From Pirellulales bacterium (lineage in GTDB: Bacteria > Planctomycetota > Planctomycetia > Pirellulales > PALSA-1355): a stretch of 64,000 nucleotides of DNA. A model generated the notes under the pieces. The model did no database searches. It was not told the origin of the DNA and worked only from the letters and a program-made list of their open reading frames with translations. A program made the translations under genes and the position numbers. The stretch's first letter is position 1; each line of letters begins with the position of its first letter. The stretch covers positions 672,001 through 736,000 of the forward strand of contig CAVTBU010000006.1 in assembly GCA_963733035.1 (NCBI GenBank), written 5' to 3'. Shown here one piece after another: positions 63,930 to 64,000 of the stretch.

Positions 63930-64000
63930 ATGGATGTCGACCATGTGGAATTCGAGCGCGAAGTAATCCTGCGCCAGCTGCGGATGGAGGATTTCGACGA
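63930..64000 (+). CDS. 5' fragment of a gene running off the window, possibly GNAT-domain
   Basis: GGAGGA RBS at 63915-63920, then MDVDHVEFEREVILRQLRMEDFD. The LRQLRMEDFD segment resembles a GNAT N-terminus. Confidence 0.45.
   Translation, partial: MDVDHVEFEREVILRQLRMEDFD

Noticed and set aside
1..64000. CRISPR arrays, rRNA/tRNA genes, transposases, integrases, phage genes
   Set aside because: No regular repeat-spacer pattern, RNA-gene signature or mobile-element motif was seen by eye. A covariance-model scan would be needed to exclude small ncRNAs.

Overview
This is a GC-rich bacterial chromosome segment, most likely Planctomycetota (Pirellulales-like). That call rests on five sulfatase genes and a large secreted protein with the planctomycete N-terminal 'L.FE.LE.R.VLS' motif. 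No rRNA, tRNA, CRISPR array or mobile element was seen. 1-20 kb holds sulfatases, a CehA/McbA-type metallohydrolase, a P-type ATPase, an ArsR-SRPBCC-SRPBCC-DoxX-BNR-MoaD operon, DUF2293, DUF2239 and an NRAMP-like transporter. About 20-51 kb is a ~30 kb Wzx/Wzy-type exopolysaccharide region with several unusual parts: a priming sugar transferase fused to a degenerate GGDEF domain with an intact RxxD c-di-GMP site, a PilZ-like membrane protein, a pseudo-BY-kinase, a papain-like pseudo-peptidase, two OPX paralogues, a TPR lipoprotein, a PKD/LamG repeat protein and a nucleotidyltransferase-NDK-kinase fusion. 51-64 kb includes a desaturase / MetX-like hydrolase / GlnT operon behind a putative sigma54 promoter with tandem NtrC-like sites. 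About nine genes carry apparent small frameshifts, probably long-read assembly errors. All assignments come from reading motifs by eye; no database searches were run.
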